DNA of 64,000 nucleotides from Ruditapes philippinarum (lineage: Eukaryota): positions 62,001 to 126,000 of the forward strand of contig NW_026860870.1 of assembly GCF_026571515.1 (NCBI RefSeq), given 5' to 3'. The notes under the pieces were generated by a model. It was given only the letters and a program-made list of their open reading frames with translations, was not told the origin of the DNA and did not search any database. Position 1 is the stretch's first letter. Every line of letters starts with the position of its first letter. Below are positions 38,618 through 51,532 of this stretch, in pieces. Made by a program: the position numbers and the translations under genes.

Positions 38618-39262
38618 TACGGTGTCCTTATTGTGCCATTTATTATGTCGTCCGTCGCGTTGAAGGGTCGACGCATGACAATACGAAGTGAAATAGTGAA
38701 AATGCGATACAACGCTTGACACCGTGAAGCGACGCTCGACTACGCGAAGCGACGCTCGACATTGTCAATCGAAATATCGCGTTGTCGTTTAGTAATATCA
38801 TGTTAAAAAAAGGCGACATTTAAAAAAATGTTGCTTCGTGTTGTCGAGTGTCGCTTCGTATTGTCGAGAGTCACTTCGCGTTGGTACATTGTCACTTCGG
38901 GTTGTCGCATTGTCACTTCGGGTTGTTGCATTGTCACTTCGCGTTGTAGCATTGCCGCTTCATATTGTCCTGCATTGTCGAGTGTCGCAGTGTAAAAGTC
39001 AGAAAAGATCGCAACATTTTATAAAATATCGCTTTGTGTTGTCGTGTGTTGTATTGCATTGTCAAGCGTCGTATCGCATTGTCGCTTGTCTTGGTCTGTA
39101 TTTCTGCTCACCCCGACACTTGACAACGTGAAGCAACAATGTGACATCGCGAAGTGACAATGCAACAACACAAAGTTACGCTCGACAATACATAGCGACA
39201 CTCCACAACGCGAAGCAACATTTTTTAAATGTCGCCCTTTTTAACATAATATTAGTAAACGA
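38618..39262. mobile_element. Truncated IS3EU-like foldback MITE nested in the Polinton
   Basis: Starts TACGG, has gcgacaat/ttgtcgc-type arrays in inverted arrangement, and arms 38785-38870 vs 39180-39262. The right terminus is missing. Confidence 0.6.
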
Positions 39263-39479
39263 TAGGAGATATGAAATAAACGTTTTCAATTTTGTTTTTT
39301 AATAAAAAAAAATGAAACACGTACACACCATTTTAGAGAATAAATAAGCCAAATTATTGAAATTCATACACCGATTCGCGAAGAGCCAAATGTTTTTACG
39401 ACCAATACAAATTGACCATAATAGTTAGAGGTACGGATATTCTATTTAAGTTGACGTTTAACTGTTGGTGCGCCATTAA

Positions 39480-39556
39480 GCCAGCCCGCATAGCTCAATC
39501 GGTTAGAGCGCAAGACTTTTAATCCCGACATAGTGAGTTCGATTCCACGGCTGGCC
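39480..39556 (+). pseudogene. tRNA-Lys(TTT)-like sequence (degenerate tRNA or tRNA-derived Pol III unit) inside the Polinton
   Basis: A box TAGCTCAATCGG, D stem GCTC/GAGC, anticodon loop CTTTTAA, B box GTTCGATTC, and GCCAGCC/GGCTGGC acceptor-like pairing. The anticodon and T stems are imperfect. Confidence 0.75.
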
Positions 39557-39892
39557 AACTAAAAGTTAACTAGTTAGCATTTAACACAGGAAATAACTTC
39601 ATTTATGTAAACATACTTAAACTGTACAGTGGCGTATCTTTATGAGTAGAGACAATAGAGGGTAATGTTTACTATTTGTAATACAAATTGGAATTAATAA
39701 AAATACGTATTGTATATTGTATATGTAAATATTGTACGAGTATTGCCTAAAAGGTCCGTAGGACCGGCTTTATTTTGTTGTATCAATTTGTCAAGTAAGA
39801 GGTAAAAAATTAAAAAGGGCGACATAATTATAAAAAAGACGAAATATATGTCAAGTTTTATTTCTATTTATATATTTCATACAAAACATTGA

Positions 39893-40302
39893 TTAATGAT
39901 AATCACTTTCTTTGTCATATTGCGTCCTTTTCCTAATCATTTTCTTCATTTTAGGCACTATTAAGCGATCATTGCGCTTTTTTTGTTGTACATTAAATTC
40001 TTTGACAAGACTTTAGAAGTTTTTCCCTGATATTGTTTTATAACGAAGTAGGCGCGGTAGAGCCCACACACGTTAGACGAAATCTATTGTTGTTGTCCTT
40101 TATTTCGGAGATATTTCTTGTTAAGTATCTTTTAAAATTCCACGCCATAGCTGTCCGGGCTATTTCCGAACGAGTCGAAACATTCGTAAGGTCCGTTTTC
40201 CTGGCCCATGACTCGTATCTGTGTTGGAAAGCACAAATATTCAGCCGCGCACACTGTCACTGGACATCTTTGCAATATATTTTCTAGCTGATAATTGTCC
40301 AT
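39893..40302 (-). pseudogene. Adenain-type (adenovirus-like) cysteine protease pseudogene of the Polinton
   Basis: Across frameshifts: MDNYQLENIL..VTVCAA / FVLSNTDTSHGPGK / [HW segment missing] / GPYECFDSFGNSPDSYG / Q*ISSNVCGLY / KEFNVQQKKRNDRLIV. The NTD, FDSxG and QxxxSxxCG motifs are characteristic of Polinton PRO. Confidence 0.85.
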
Positions 40303-40339
40303 TTTAGTAAGCCACCTGATTCCAGTCAATATCTGTTCT

Positions 40340-40670
40340 GGGTTACTTACATACTACTGATTCTTTATCGGAATCTCGTAATCGTTTTACCTCCGATTTG
40401 GCCATTTCTATCGCTTGTGCTACGGGGCTCACCATATTGACCAAAGGGCGTTATAAATTTTGGAACTTCTTTTCCGTTTCTTTTAGTTTTTCTTCCGCTT
40501 CATTGAGCTTTGCTTTTAGTGTTATGGGCCTTCTACGCGAATTACCGCTACCAAAAATGTAACGGCCTCTATGATCAGATGTAACGTAACCGTCTCTTTA
40601 ATCCTGAAAATGCTGGTAGCATTTCTCTGGGTCGGGTGTATAGGTTACCCATGTTTTGACGCTTATGATC
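40340..40670 (-). pseudogene. Decayed small Polinton-associated ORF
   Basis: WVTYTPDPEKCYQHFQD*RDGYVTSDHRGRYIFGSG...VNMVSPVAQAIEMAKSEVKR, with one stop and one frameshift. Same strand as the protease and directly upstream of it. Confidence 0.6.
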
Positions 40671-40741
40671 GCAGACTTCTATAGAGCCCATCTTGTGTTT
40701 TGATAGTAAAAGAGCAAACAGATCATTCTTACAATTTCTCA

Positions 40742-40930
40742 TTAGGTCTCCTGATTTTCAGTGTCATTATCTTTATTGCTTTCGTTGATGTCATGATTAG
40801 GCCATAACGCCTGAAACAGGTTTTTTCTAAGTTTAACGGCTTGCCGGAAAGATTCTGCGAAAGTCATGTCGTGTTGATTTCTAAGTTTCTTCGCTGATTG
40901 GAGAATTTGTTGCTGCGTAGGGTCTTCTTG
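40742..40930 (-). pseudogene. C-terminal remnant of another Polinton ORF, cut by the internal deletion
   Basis: Open frame QEDPTQQQILQSAKKLRNQHDMTFAESFRQAVKLRKNLFQALWP...ET*. It has no start codon and abuts the right TIR. Confidence 0.55.
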
Positions 40931-41187
40931 TTATGAGTAAAACAACATGGCCACCACGCATGTGCAGAGCGTGACGTTAACTCGACGCTTCTACTACTTA
41001 CATGAACAACACAATTTTACCTTTGGTAAATTTTCTATATATTATTTTTCATTAAATATTTCATGTGTAACAATAAGTCATAGTGGCAGTTTCTAAAACA
41101 AGTTAGCTACGAGGATGTCTAGAATTGAAACCCTCACTTTACCATAATTAACTGAAATAAAAAAATCAGGTTATGAAAACTTCAGAA

Positions 41188-41258
41188 AAGGTTCTTTCAA
41201 GATTCGAACCTTCAACTACATGGTCACAAATCCGCCATTCTTACCACTAGGTCTTTGG
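41188..41258 (-). mobile_element. tRNA-like SINE head remnant
   Basis: Minus strand gacctagtggtaag...ggttcgaatc (A- and B-box-like), with no cloverleaf. Confidence 0.4.
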
Positions 41259-42347
41259 GCAGATTTTATGGATTAAAGTATCGAGAATAGAAATAAGTAA
41301 ACTAACGAAACAGGAGTTTCTTTAAAAAGATATTCGGACTAGGTAACACTGCTTTTACTTGCATGACATCTTTCGGTATGCACATGTTTTTTCAGGGATC
41401 ATGGACGTTAAAGGTCGTCTCGTCATGTTAGAAAGGCAAATTTGTATGTTCAATTAGATATTCACTAAAGAATTAATGAAACATTTTAAAGCAGTTAGAT
41501 CTCTAATACTAGATATTGTGTGTTTCCGATACTCCTTTAAATTATTTTATACTTTGGACGTGTTTACGTTTAAGAAAGATCCTTAATATTAATATACTCA
41601 TTTTAAAATGACCAATAAAATTCCTGGATTTCAGTTTACAATTCTAAAATGACCAATGAAAATCCTCCTTTTCAGTTCTTCCCTGTACATTTTACTAGAA
41701 GTCAAAAAGATCTCAGACAACTTCGTCCTAAAAAACTTCAGACAATTAATGTCAGGTCAATATTGCTAAACAATGCATAATTCTTTATTTTTTCCGTGAT
41801 AAGTTATTTCCGCATGCGCATCTTTTCTCTCACTATGATATGGACAAAGTCACGTGACTTTTGAATGTAACATTCATAAGTATTTATTCTGATTTTCATC
41901 CCGATCAATAATGGCTTAAAACTTTCCTGTGGTTACATGGTTATTATTTAAGTTATAAAAAAGGTTCATTGGTTGTTTAAAACAATCTAGTTTTTTTTAA
42001 AATACATAACAAGGGGGAAATCATGAGGAATCAGTGTGCAACACCGCTTATAAAGTGTATTATTTTCCTTAAAGAATTTTATGGGATAGTCATATCATCT
42101 TTAAAAGTGCATTATCTTGTAAAATTTATCTGCTTTATATATCCCAATACATAATTGTTTATAAAGAAACCTACGGTAAAAACATATAATAAAAAAGACG
42201 TGAAAATATCTACTTAATTGTGTGCCCTAGTAAAGAATGGTATCTAAATATTAGATTTCAATCTCGAGCATTTAGTTTAAACAAAATAATAAGCATGCAT
42301 GTATAAGTGCATGTATAAAATGTGTCATATAATTAGTGTTATACCTG

Positions 42348-44141
42348 TTTATTATGCCCCCGCCATGTAATGGCCGGGGCATATAGTGTTACCCTGTTCC
42401 ATCCTTCCGTCATTCCGTCCTTCCGTCATTCCGTCCTTCCGTCATTCCGTCCTTCCGTCATTCTGTCATTCCGTCATCATCAGTTTCCGTTCATTATCTT
42501 AGTAACGGTTGCACATATTCAACTCAGATTTGACATATGGATATGTCATGAGAAAATACAGGTCAAGTTCAAATTTGGTCATGGTTCGATGATTTTTGGC
42601 AGAGTTATGCCCCTTTTACTTTGAAAATAATATGAAATTTTCAGTTTCCGTTCATTATCTCCCCAAGGGTACAACACATTCAACTCAAATTTGACATATG
42701 GATATGTCATCAGAAAATACAGGTCAAGTTTGAATTTGGTCATGGTTCGATGATTTTTGGCAGAGTTATGCCCCTTTTACTTTGAAAATAATATGAAATT
42801 TTCAGTTTCCGTTCATTATCTCCCCAACGGTACAACACATTCAACTCAAATTTGATATATGGATATGTCATGAGAAAATACAGGTCAAGTTTGAGTTTGG
42901 TCATGGTTCGATGATTTTTGGCAGAGTTATGCCCCTTTTACTTTGAAAATAATATGAAATTTTTAGTTTCCGTTCTTTATCTCCACAACCGACGGTACAA
43001 CACATTCAACTCAAATTTGACATATGGATATGTCATTAGAAAATACAGGTCAAGTTCGAATTTGGTCATGGTTCGATGATTTTTGCCAGAGTTATGCCCC
43101 TTTTACTTTGAAAATAATATTAAATTTTCAGTTTCCGTTCATTATCTCCCCAACGGTACAACACATTCAACTCAAATTTGACATATGGATATGTCATTAG
43201 AAAATACAGGTCAAGTTCGAATTTGGTCATGGTTCGATGATTTTTTCCAGAGTTATGCCCCTTTTACTTTGAAAATGATATGAAATTTTCAGTTTCCGTT
43301 CATTATCTCCCCAACGGTACAACGTATTCAACTCAAATTTGACAGATGGATATGTCAAGAAAAAATACAGGTTAAGTTTGAATTTGGTCATGGTTTGATG
43401 ATTTTTGGCAGAGTTATGCTCCTTTTACTTTGAAAATAATATGAAATTTTCAGTTTCTGTTTATTATCTCCCCAACAGTACAACACATTCAACTCAAATT
43501 TGACATATGGATATGTTTTTGGAATGCCCAGGCCCAGTTCGAATTTGTTCATTGTTCAATGATTTTTGGCAGAGTAATGCCCCTTTCATTTTGAAATTAA
43601 TATGAAATTTACAGTTTCTGTTCATTATCTACCCAACAGTGTTACATATTCAACATAAATTTGACATATGGATATGTCAAAGGAATGGGCAGGTCAAGTT
43701 GGAATTTGGTCATGGTTCGATGATTTTTTTGGCAGAGCTATGTCCCTTTCACTTTGAAAATAATATAGATACATCTTAGGAATAAGCAGTTTAAGTTTGA
43801 ATTTGGTCGTGGTTCAATGATTTTGGACAAACTTATCTTTCTTGAATATTGGAATAATTTTGAACTTTCAGTTTCAGCACTCATACTTTTGTGGAAATGT
43901 ATGTAGCCATTATTTTGGCTACAAATATGAAATATGCTATTTTCAAAAGGTTAAGACTGAATAATTTCAGTGCCTTGAACATTGTATGGAAATGGTTTGT
44001 GTTAACATTGAAAAGTTTTAAGGGCTTTGAACTTAAAATGGAAACAATAATTTGTGCAAACAAATTTGGAACTAAATATTATAACATCTGAAATTTTGGC
44101 TGCATGCGGGGGCATCCGTGGCATGATGACACATTTCTAGT
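42348..44141 (+). mobile_element. Helentron-associated non-autonomous element (HINE/pearl-like) with 8 x 161-bp internal repeats
   Basis: 5' subTIR atgcccccgc, a CCGT/CATT microsatellite, repeat starts at 42481, 42642, 42803, 42964, 43129, 43290, 43451 and 43612, then 3' subTIR gcgggggcat, a short palindrome and ttctagt. Confidence 0.85.
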
Positions 44142-44470
44142 AAAAAATATTTTTGCAATCCTGCAACCAACGTATTACCATGTGAAATGGCCTATCGTTT
44201 GACAACGGCCACACATAATCTATTTTCAGACATTAAGTAATCTCTTTCCCATATCATTATTTTAGTTTATGAATAATTATCTAATTTGAGTAAAATACTA
44301 AACTTAGTTTCTGAATATTTGAAATTACTAAACATAATTATGGCCTTGTAATACACTTTGCACACACCAGGTGTCAAGCATTTGAAATTTTGCATTTATT
44401 TTGTAATCTCATTTTGTTTATGTATTGATCTGAGATAAAAAATGCACTGCCCTGTTCTGTTTTTCTTCAG

Positions 44471-44604
44471 ACTTTTGGTAGGAGCGCCAAATTTAACATA
44501 TAATAATATCATCGGTCATGGTCAGGTGGCTCGGTGTATGACACCGACAAGTGAGAACATCACCTGCATTTCCCTTAACCTCGAGGATCCATCAAACTTG
44601 TGTG
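44471..44604 (+). CDS. Integrin alpha, coding exon 2 (LLVGAPNLTYNNIIGHGQVARCMTPTSENITCISLNLEDPSNLC)
   Basis: ttttcttcAG acceptor and G|GTAAGT donor. Phase 2 matches exon 1. LLVGAP and G.V..C complete the first FG-GAP repeat. Confidence 0.92.
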
Positions 44605-45789
44605 GTAAGTGCTAACTTTACAGGTTCTCACGTATAAGATTAAGATTAGATAAGATGGTCAACTTTGAATCTATTTTCTCATTAAGAATGAAACGATGAC
44701 ATTTGGAATCCCGTATGTATCATTATCTCGTTATAAGGTAGCTATTTATTTTGTCAATTATTATGGAAGGTAGATGGTTTCATCCAATTAAGACATAAGC
44801 AATATATATCTACTTAGCTCTTGCATCGCCAAAGAAGGTAAAAAATTTGACCAATGAAAATGACATAAATGTCCACCTTTTTTGAGATTGTTGTATAAAG
44901 TGTATAATCTTTTATGGTTTCTCTGTTGCTAAACAATCATGTTTTGGTAACGGTTTTCTGTTAAAATGGCCAACTAAAACTTTTTCTGAAGATACGAAAT
45001 CGAGATGCACAATCCCTAGCTTCCAAGATAATAGTTGGCTTAAATGAAATAATGATTTGTCTCCAAGAATTTATATCAATTAATGATTATCTAAAAATCA
45101 ATTCTCATTTGTGAAATGACATTTTGTGTTCATCCTTTGTCCATCATTTATAAAACTTCGTCAACACCTCTTCTAGACCAGTTAAAATTCTGTCCTTGCA
45201 ATATTCGGTTTATATTGCAACCTGTAAAACCAATACAAATCACAAATTCAAAATAACGGAAACTTTAAAATTTATTCAAATAAACTTTAAGGATATAAGT
45301 TGAATCAGGTTATGAAATGAAGCAAAGAACAAACAACCAATACGCTCCCTTGAAATTCACGAACTAATATGGAAATATCGAGCTTGCCTGTGTGCTCTGC
45401 TTGGTAAACAATTTATGAGCTATCCATGAACGGGACTAAAATTGGAATTAATACATAATTTAGTACATGATAAATATGCGGAAGAAAAATATAAATACTA
45501 AAATATATTCATCATGAGAACCTGGCATTATTGTCAAGTTTGTCTGGATACATACCGTGATATTTTGAACGTGTAAAAATAATGAAATGAATACCAACCT
45601 ACAGGACAACAACAACTAGTTTTAGATCTAAAAATAGATTTTTATCTTAAAATAGAATTTTATCTAAGATTTTGAACTTTATCATTTGGGTTTAGTCAAC
45701 TAAAAAAAGACTAGAAATAGTCTGAATCACACGAGATTCTTATACAAAGAAACATTAGACAAAAGTAGGGTCATCACTGACTTAAAAGT

Positions 45790-46030
45790 CGTCCGTGTAC
45801 CTATAGATAGAGCGTTTGACTGCGGATTGTGCAAACCAGACTCGACACCCGGACGGTGTAGGTCACTTTCGTTGTGATTGATAATAAAATTGTTTCTAAG
45901 GTCATTCGCACAGTACTTCTGCTCTGGCATGTACAGAAGTCCCAGTTCCTTGCGAAAGTTGAGGCAACTAGTACTAGTAACTTACTTGACAGCATGACCA
46001 GGAACGATGCTGTGCCTAAACTGTGTTCTG
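45790..46030 (+). mobile_element. Degenerate tRNA-derived SINE
   Basis: tRNA-like head (gatagagcgtttgactgcggat...tcgacacccgg) followed by a SINE-like body. Confidence 0.4.
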
Positions 46031-46390
46031 GTCAATTCAATGTGATCCGGAGTGAAAACTTCCAACACCAACACCATCATGACTTTGAGCAGTTTTCATT
46101 CGATAGTGGTCCATAGCAGCGGTTATATTACTGGAAATGAATGGAAGGATTAAAATTTAATATGAAAACGTATACTTTAAATGTTCGTAAAGTTTGCAGC
46201 CTAGCAGCCTTACAGTCTGAAGTTTGCAGCCTAGGACCCTGTCAGGTTTAAATTGGCAGCCTAACAGCCTAAAGAAAACTAAGAATAGTACAAACATGAA
46301 AACCGTCAGAAATGCATCAGTAGCACTTCCTTAGATCATTCCACGGCTTTTTTCAGTATCGAGATTTTTAGTTTTTAAGATGTTTAACTT

Positions 46391-47724
46391 TTTATGCCCC
46401 CGCCATATAATGGCTGGGGTATAAAGTGTTACCCTGTTCCATCATTCCATCATTCCGTCCTTCCGTCATTCTGTCATTCCGTCTTGATCAGTTTCCGTTC
46501 ATTATCTTAGTCACGGTTGCACATTTCAACTCAAATTTCATATATGGATATATCATAAGAAAATACAAGTCAACTTCGAATTTGGTCATAGTTAGATAAT
46601 TTTTGGCAGAGTTATACCCCATTCACTTTGAAAATAATTTGAAATTTTCAGTTTCCGTTCTTTATCGCCCCAACGGTATTACACATTCAACTGAAATTTG
46701 ACATATGGATACGTCAAAAGAATGCGCAGGTGAAGTTCGAATTTGGACCTGGTTTGATGATTTTTGGCAGAGTAATGCCCTTTCACTTTGAAAATAATAT
46801 GACATTTTTAGTTTCCGTTCATTATCTCCCCAACGGTATTACAAATTCAACTTCAACTTGACATATGGATACGTCAAACAAATGCGCAGATCATATTCAA
46901 ATTTGGTCATGGTCCGATGATTTTTGGCAGAGTAATACCCCTTTCACTTTGAAAATAATATGAAATTTTCAGTTTCCGTTTATTATCTCCCCAACGGTGT
47001 TACACATTCAACTCAAATTTGACATCTGGATACTTCAAAGAAATAGGCAGGTTAAGTTTGAATTTTGTCATGGTTTAATGATTTTTGGCAGAGTTATGCC
47101 CCTTTAACTTTGAAAAAAAAAGGAAATTTTCAGTTCCCATTCATTATCTCCCCGACAGTTGTACATATTCAACTCAAATTTAAGATATCGATATGTCATA
47201 ACAAGGCACTGGGCCAATTTCGAATTTGGTCATGGTTTTATGATAGCTGACACAGTTATCCCTCTTGAACTTTGAATGAAATCATAAATTTTTAGTTTCC
47301 GTTCATGATCTCCCCAATGGTTGTACACATTCAACTCAAATTTGACATATAGATAAATCTTAGTAATAAGCAATTTAAGTTTGAATTTGGTCGTGGTTCA
47401 ATGATTTTCGACAAAGATATCTCTCTTGAATGTTTAAAAATTTTGAATTTTCAGTTTCAGCACTCATACTTTTTTTGAAATGTATGTAGCCATTCTTTTG
47501 GCTACAAATATGCAATATGTAATTTACAAAAGGTTAACACTGAATAGTTTCAGTGCCTTGAACCTTGTATAAAAATTGTTTGTGTTAACATTGAATAGTT
47601 GTAAGGGCTTTGAACTTCAAATGAAAAAAGTAGTTTGTGCAAACAAATTTGGAACTAAATATTATAACATCTGAATTTTTGGCTGCATGCGGGGGCATCC
47701 ATGGCGTGACGACACATTTCTAGT
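46391..47724 (+). mobile_element. Second copy of the 161-bp-array HINE (about 6 units)
   Basis: Same termini and a near-identical 3' unique region to 42348-44141; inserted in a T run. Confidence 0.85.
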
Positions 47725-48091
47725 TTTTCATTCTGACGCTTCGAAATTTGAGAAATTAGCATCCTAGCAGTCTGGCAGCCTAAAGAAAATAAGAGTAGTA
47801 CAAACACGAAACCGTCGGAAATGCATCTGTGGTGAATACTGTTACCATGCCATGCTTATTTTTCGATATCGTGATATTCTTTTTCTGCTAAAATGTTGAA
47901 CTTTGTTTTTTTGTTTTCATTCTGTCGCTTTGAAATTTGTGTTAGCAGTCCAACAGCCTAGTAGCCTAAAAACTAAGGATAGTACAAACATGAAATCCGT
48001 CCCAATGAATCGGTAGCACTTTCTTAGATCACTCGACGCCTTTTTTCAATATCATAATATTTACATTTTAAGATGTTGAACCTTTAAGTTT

Positions 48092-48367
48092 GGGGCGTCC
48101 GTGGCCGAGTGGTTAAGGTCGTTGACTTCAAACCACTTGCCCCTCACCGCTGTGGGTTCGAATCCCGACAGGGACTTTGGATTCTTTCATGTGAGGAAGC
48201 TATCCAGCTAGCTTACGGAACGTCGGTGGTTCTACTCAGGTGCCCGTTCGTGCCTGAAATAATGCACGGAAGGGCACCTGAGGTCTTCCTCCACCAGTAA
48301 AGCTGGAACGTCGCGATATGATCTATACTGTGTCGATGTGACGTAAAACCCAAAACAAACAAACAAA
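48092..48367 (+). mobile_element. Full-length tRNA-derived SINE (bivalve Meta/RUDI-like) with a 13-bp TSD
   Basis: A box GTGGCCGAGTGG, B box GGTTCGAATCC, (CAAA)n tail, and TSD AACCTTTAAGTTT at 48079-48091 and 48368-48380. Confidence 0.92.
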
Positions 48368-51300
48368 AACCTTTAAGTTTTTGTATTTGTTTTCTTCCTA
48401 ACGGATTTTTGAAATTTGTGACATAGCAGCATAGCAGCCTGGAACCCTTAAGAAAACTAAGAACAGTACAAACATCGAAACCATTTGAAATGCATCTGTA
48501 GTGCTTACTTGTACCATTCTTTGTTTTTTTTTCAATATCGTGATTTTTTGGCTGTTGAACTTTTTTAATTTCAATCTGTTGCTTCGTAATTTGTGAAGTT
48601 AGCTAGCAGCCCAACAGCCTATAGATATAGCAGCCTGGCAGCCTAAAGAAAACCAAGGGTAGTACAAAAATGAAATTCGTTTCAAATGAATCGGTAGCAC
48701 CTTCTTAGATCATTCAACACCTTTTTTCAATATCATGATCTTTACTTTTTAAGATGTTGAACTTTTAAGTGCTTTTTTTCTGAAGGATCTTCGAAATTTG
48801 TGACGTTGGAAGCATAGAAGCCTGACAGCCTTTAGAAAACTAACACTAATATAAACATGAACATTGACGGAAATGCATCTGTTGCACTTACTTAGACAAT
48901 TCCACGCATTTTCAAGTATCGTGATCTTTATTTCTTTAAGATGTTGAACTTAATTAAGGATATGTTTTTCATTTATGTTCATGTCTGAACTTTTCTGGGA
49001 AATATAGAAACAGAGACATAGATAACAAGTCTAGTTTTCATGACAAATATGCTAACAGTATTATATCGTTTGATCATTTGACATAAACATTTCATTTTTT
49101 CAAGTTAAAGCATCCCAGACAAAAATCCTGTACGATGTTTGTTTACACCACGTTTTTGTAATACTTCAAATCAGTGCCGATTTGGAAATAAAAACTGAAA
49201 TTTGCAAAAGCAGAAATACAAATAATATCTTCCCACGGTAATATCTTCCTTAAATGCGCACCTGCTTTGGGATGTTTCGGTTCAGATTTATTTGCCGCAA
49301 ACGAATTGAAAACAATCATCCGTGACACGATTGCCATAATAAGTTAGACGACACACAAAAAAAAACACAACAAAAAACAGCGTAATTTACTTTCAAATAG
49401 AATTTCACTTGTCTAATTGTTAACTACGCCTGTCTTCGTGGATCTAAAGATGTTTTTAATATATGAATATGTGTGTCCTTTACTCTGGCTCCTGTTTAGA
49501 ATAAACATCTGTTATTAAGATTTAAACAGCAGCGTGTTAAAGATTAAATTTTATTACCACCTGTATTACATAATATTACACAATGTGTATTGTACACTTC
49601 CTTTTGGATTGCCCAGGCGGTAAGTGTCAAACAGATTGACACGCGACGCATTTGTTTGTTTCCAGCTATAATATCATTCAACCGGAACGTTTCAGTACCA
49701 TGACATAGTTAATCACGTACAATTATGAAAATCGCAAATATATACCGATCTCATCAAGTTTTTATTTTTTATTTTGAGAAGTGACAATTAGTGTTAACAG
49801 GTGTTACGAGAAACATGATAAAATGTGTGTTTTTTTTACTTTCCTTAAAGATTTTGAAAAAAAAACTATTTAAAATATATTCATGTATATTACTTGAAAA
49901 ATATCTGCTTTGCATCACAGTCAAATAAAGGATAAAATCAGGTAAACTGATCACTAAAAATGCATTATCACCGTGTCTGTTCTGACTTTTTTCATAATGA
50001 TAGCTAACTCGATTTCATATTATAAAATTTCTTTTATCTTTTTATGAACTATTTCAAAAACAATTTAGTTGACTCTCATTTGAATAATAGATATAATTCC
50101 ACATTTTCTTAAAAAAAATCTCAATGTCAGGTCCGTGACCGTAGGGAAAATTCTTTAACAATTTCCTTTTCCATGCCTTTGTAACGCAATCTTGGTCACA
50201 AAGCTATAAAGGAAACTGTTCTATTTTTGTTAAAAGCTAATTTATATTATTTTTTACCTTTTACCTTAAACTTACTCGGAATTGTCTATGAACTTCTTCT
50301 ATATTTTATATTATTCTATGCGCTTTTTGCCCTACACAGATTGCGCATGCGCGGGAAAATACTTCTTCCGATCGATTTTTCATAGCAACGGACCGCGTCG
50401 TAAAAAGGTCTATATGTGTGTACATTAAATGTACTCATTAGAATATATGCATTCATTTCTTACTGAAAAATTTGACTTAGACTTTATAGAAGATAAATTT
50501 CAAATTACCTTCCTTTCTTTACATGAAATGTTAAATTCTGTAATATTTTTTATTAATAATGCTTTGTGGAACTTACAATATTGATAAATCTTAATTTGAG
50601 CGTCAAACTTATTATATAAAACCATAAAAAATTGTGTTACTGGATTTTTAAAGCTATTTATTACTTTTCACCTTCGCATATCTATCACCAAAAACATTAT
50701 TTTCTAAACGGTCAACAAACGCCATTAAAAAAGGCTTATTTGCCCAACGTTGAATGATGCGCTTGCACGAAGTATTATTTGCTAGTCTGTAAAAAGTTTT
50801 TTGAAATAAATGATCATCATGATGTTAAAAAAAGCTTAAATTTTAGAAAACGATGATTTTGACCATTCGTTTTAAATCTCGTAATAAACATATTCTAAAC
50901 ATATGTTGATAATATACAAAAAGATAAAGATCACTATATTGACAAGAGGCGTGGAGTGCTACTGAATCATTTCTGATGGTTTTCATGTTCGTTATATTTT
51001 TAGTTTTCTTAAGGCTGCCAGGCTGCTAGACTGCTAACTTCAATAATAATAAAAAATAAATAAAAAAATAAATAAATAACTAAATAAATAAAATTCAACA
51101 TCTTAAAAAATAAAGATCATGATATTGAAAAGAAGCGTGAAATGGTCTGAGGAAGTGCTACCGATTCAATTCCGACGGTTTTCATGTTTGTACTATCATT
51201 AGTTTTTTAAGGCTGCCAGGCTACTAGACTGCTTACTTTTCAAATAAATCACAATATTGAAAAGAGGCGTGGAATGGAAGGTGGTTACTTACGCATTTCC

Positions 51301-51532
51301 GAACGTTTTCATATTTGTAATATTCTAACTTTTCTTAAATTTTAAAGTTCATCATCCTAATACATAAAGATTATGATAAAAAGCTTGGAATAGCCTTGGT
51401 ACGCGCTACCGATTCATTTTCAACGGTTTCCATATTTGTACTATTCTTAGTATTCTTTATCCTGCCATGGATGCTAGGATGCTTATTACACAAATTTCGA
51501 AGCGTCAGAATGAAAAAAATTAAACATCTTTA

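Larger units (their letters stand above)
36151..40998. mobile_element. Internally deleted Polinton/Maverick element in integrin intron 1
   Basis: Termini AGTATTAG... and ...CTACTACT (AGT-repeat type). About 55-bp TIR homology (36151-36202 vs 40943-40998). 6-bp TSD TACAGG/TACATG (5 of 6 match). Contains an adenain-type protease pseudogene and two further ORF remnants. Confidence 0.85.

Noticed and set aside
48092-48175. Possible opal suppressor or selenocysteine tRNA (CTTCAAA loop)
   Set aside because: The anticodon stem pairs poorly, and the sequence is the head of a SINE with body, tail and 13-bp TSD.
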